Part shown: positions 62,483-64,000 of the stretch, piece by piece
How positions within the stretch are numbered: position 1 is the first letter of the stretch
Layout: the number at the start of each line of letters is the position of its first letter
Source of the DNA: an uncultured Actinomycetes bacterium
GTDB taxonomy: Bacteria > Actinomycetota > Actinomycetes > Streptosporangiales > Streptosporangiaceae
NCBI GenBank assembly: GCA_963730825.1
Contig: CAVSTQ010000029.1
Location: 3,771 to 67,770, forward strand
DNA length: 64,000 nt
Direction of reading: 5' to 3'
The notes under the pieces: model-generated
Database searches by the model: none
Told to the model about the DNA's origin: nothing
The model's input: only the letters and a program-made list of their open reading frames with translations
Made by a program: the position numbers and the translations under genes

Positions 62483-64000
62483 TTAATGCACAGAAAGGAA
62501 CCGGCCCAGGCCCTTCCTGGTGGCCAGCACGACCAGCCGGTCGCCGGGGCCGAGCCGGTGGTCGCGGTGCGGCGACCAGTCCACCGCGGCGGACCCGCTG
62601 ACCTGCAGGGCGAGGATCCGGGCCTGGCCGTCCTGCTCGGTGTCGGCGAGCAAGCTCCCGGCCAGCCCGGCTTGGTCGGCCACCCGGACGTCGGCGATGA
62701 GCAGCACGTGCCGGCCCACGGCTATCGTGCGCAGCACCTGATGCTCGAGCATGGCCGCGGCGAAGGCCGGCGCCGCCAGGTACGGCACGCTGCGCGAGAT
62801 CGTGTTGCCTGTCGTCTTCTGCAGGCGTTCGGCGAGATCGTCGTCGGTCAGCCGGAGCACGATGCGCAGGTCTTCCCTGAGCGCCCGCGCGTTGAGCGCG
62901 GTTTCCAGGTTCACGATGTCCTGGCTGGTCACCGAGACCAGGGCCAGGCAGGTATCGAGGCTGGCGGCGCGCATCGTCTCCTCGCGGAACGCGTCTCCGA
63001 TCACCACCGGCACGCCCAGCTGCCGGGCCAGCGGGATCCCCGTCGCGGTTGGCTTGTTGTCCACGCACACCACGTCGAACCCCAGGTCGTGCAGCTGGCC
63101 GGTCACGCTGGCGCCGACGTTGCCGAGCCCGACGACGATGACGTGCCCGCCGGGAGGCCGCGGCGCGCGGCGCACCGAGCCGGTCAGCCGCGCGCCGACC
63201 ACGATGGCGGTCACCACCGGGATGAAGGCCATGCCGTCCAGGGTCAGCAGCACCTGCGACGCCTTCTCGTTCCCGCCGAGGGCGGGATTGGTGAGCGCCG
63301 ACCCGGTCAGGTCCATGAGCGTGAGGTACGCGGCGTTGCTGAGGGAGTAGCTGGCCGCGGCGAGCAATCCGAAACCGACCGCGATCACCGCGAGCAGCGC
63401 GGTGAAGACCAGGCCGAACTTGTGCCAGACGAGCCTGCGGGCAAATCCGGCGACGGCCCGCACGGGGTCACGGCGGCGGGTCAGCGGGTTCCTCGGCGTC
63501 CCGTCCGCGACGGCGAGCACCAGGTCAGCGTCGTCGGTGCCGGGTGGCAGGAGCCGGGGCTCCTCCTCGTCGCCGGTCAGCGTGGCCAGGCCGCACATCA
63601 CGTGGCTGGGCGCCACCTCGGCCTGTCTGGCCACATAAAGGGTGCGCTGCTGGACCCGGACGTGGCTGGGCGCGGGCTCGCCGAGCGCGGCGGCGACGAA
63701 CGAGGGGGCCGACATCGCCGTCCCGGACAAGACCGTGCAGTCCGCGGAAGAACAGGCGGATGTGGTCGCCGAGGCGCCGGTTGAAGATGGCGAGTACCAG
63801 ACGGAGGCCGGGATTGAGCTCCTGCGCTCGCAGCCCGGCGTGGAAGTTGCCGACGTCGTCCTGCCACAGCACGGCCAGCGCCCGGGCCGAACCGACGTCG
63901 GCGTCGGTGAACGCCCGGCTGCTCAGCTCGGGATGTTCCAGCACCCGGACACCGCGCAGGGCGCTGATCTGCGGGCCGTGGTTCCGCTGGCCGGACGGCA
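62483..64000 (-). CDS. membrane protein with tandem TrkA-N/RCK NAD-binding domains (K+ channel-like), 5' end outside window, frame-broken
   Basis: HVIVVGLGNVGASV Rossmann motif and TM helices (FGLVFTALLAVIAVGFGLLAA). An upstream RCK-like part lies in another frame, with the switch near 63758. Confidence 0.7.

Overview
Very GC-rich actinomycete chromosomal window (GC not computed), about 65 protein genes, with no rRNA, tRNA or CRISPR array seen. The main landmark (25.8-38.1 kb) is a complete mimABCD/prmABCD-type soluble di-iron monooxygenase island. On the minus strand it runs alpha subunit, reductase, beta subunit, coupling protein, amidohydrolase, DUF59-like protein, Zn-ADH and a dedicated GroEL paralogue. 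A divergent GAF/AAA+/Fis activator and an acetate-type permease sit beside it. Other modules:
- WD40 protein tail.
- Lrp/EamA divergent pair with a consensus Lrp palindrome.
- Translationally coupled CYTH-CHAD / ParA-like pair.
- HTH-NB-ARC-TPR STAND protein.
- furA-katA with an AT-rich operator.
- cysH remnant.
- Large modular beta-helix glycoside hydrolase.
- Mo-oxidoreductase / ferredoxin-reductase / zinc-ribbon operon.
- mntH.
- ArsR-SRPBCC pair with a twin-hairpin operator.
- DUF222/HNH element.
- Single-chain ECF sigma/anti-sigma fusion.
- PRC-DUF2382 stress protein, and RCC1 propeller.
- lysA and an acyl-CoA dehydrogenase.
- PspC-kinase / LuxR envelope-stress module.
- Kinase / dimethylglycine-oxidase-like pair.
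- FHA protein and RCK channel.

Two caveats dominate. First, roughly 24 homology-supported genes are split between reading frames by single-base indels. Second, at least three genes carry larger internal deletions. The window therefore mixes probable assembly error with real gene decay.

Non-coding highlights are a 39-42 bp minisatellite (58.1-58.4 kb), a dispersed hairpin repeat next to C-rich tracts at two loci, and a 0.9 kb AT-rich gene-free region with a 24-bp-stem hairpin. All family calls come from motif recognition by eye; no searches were run.
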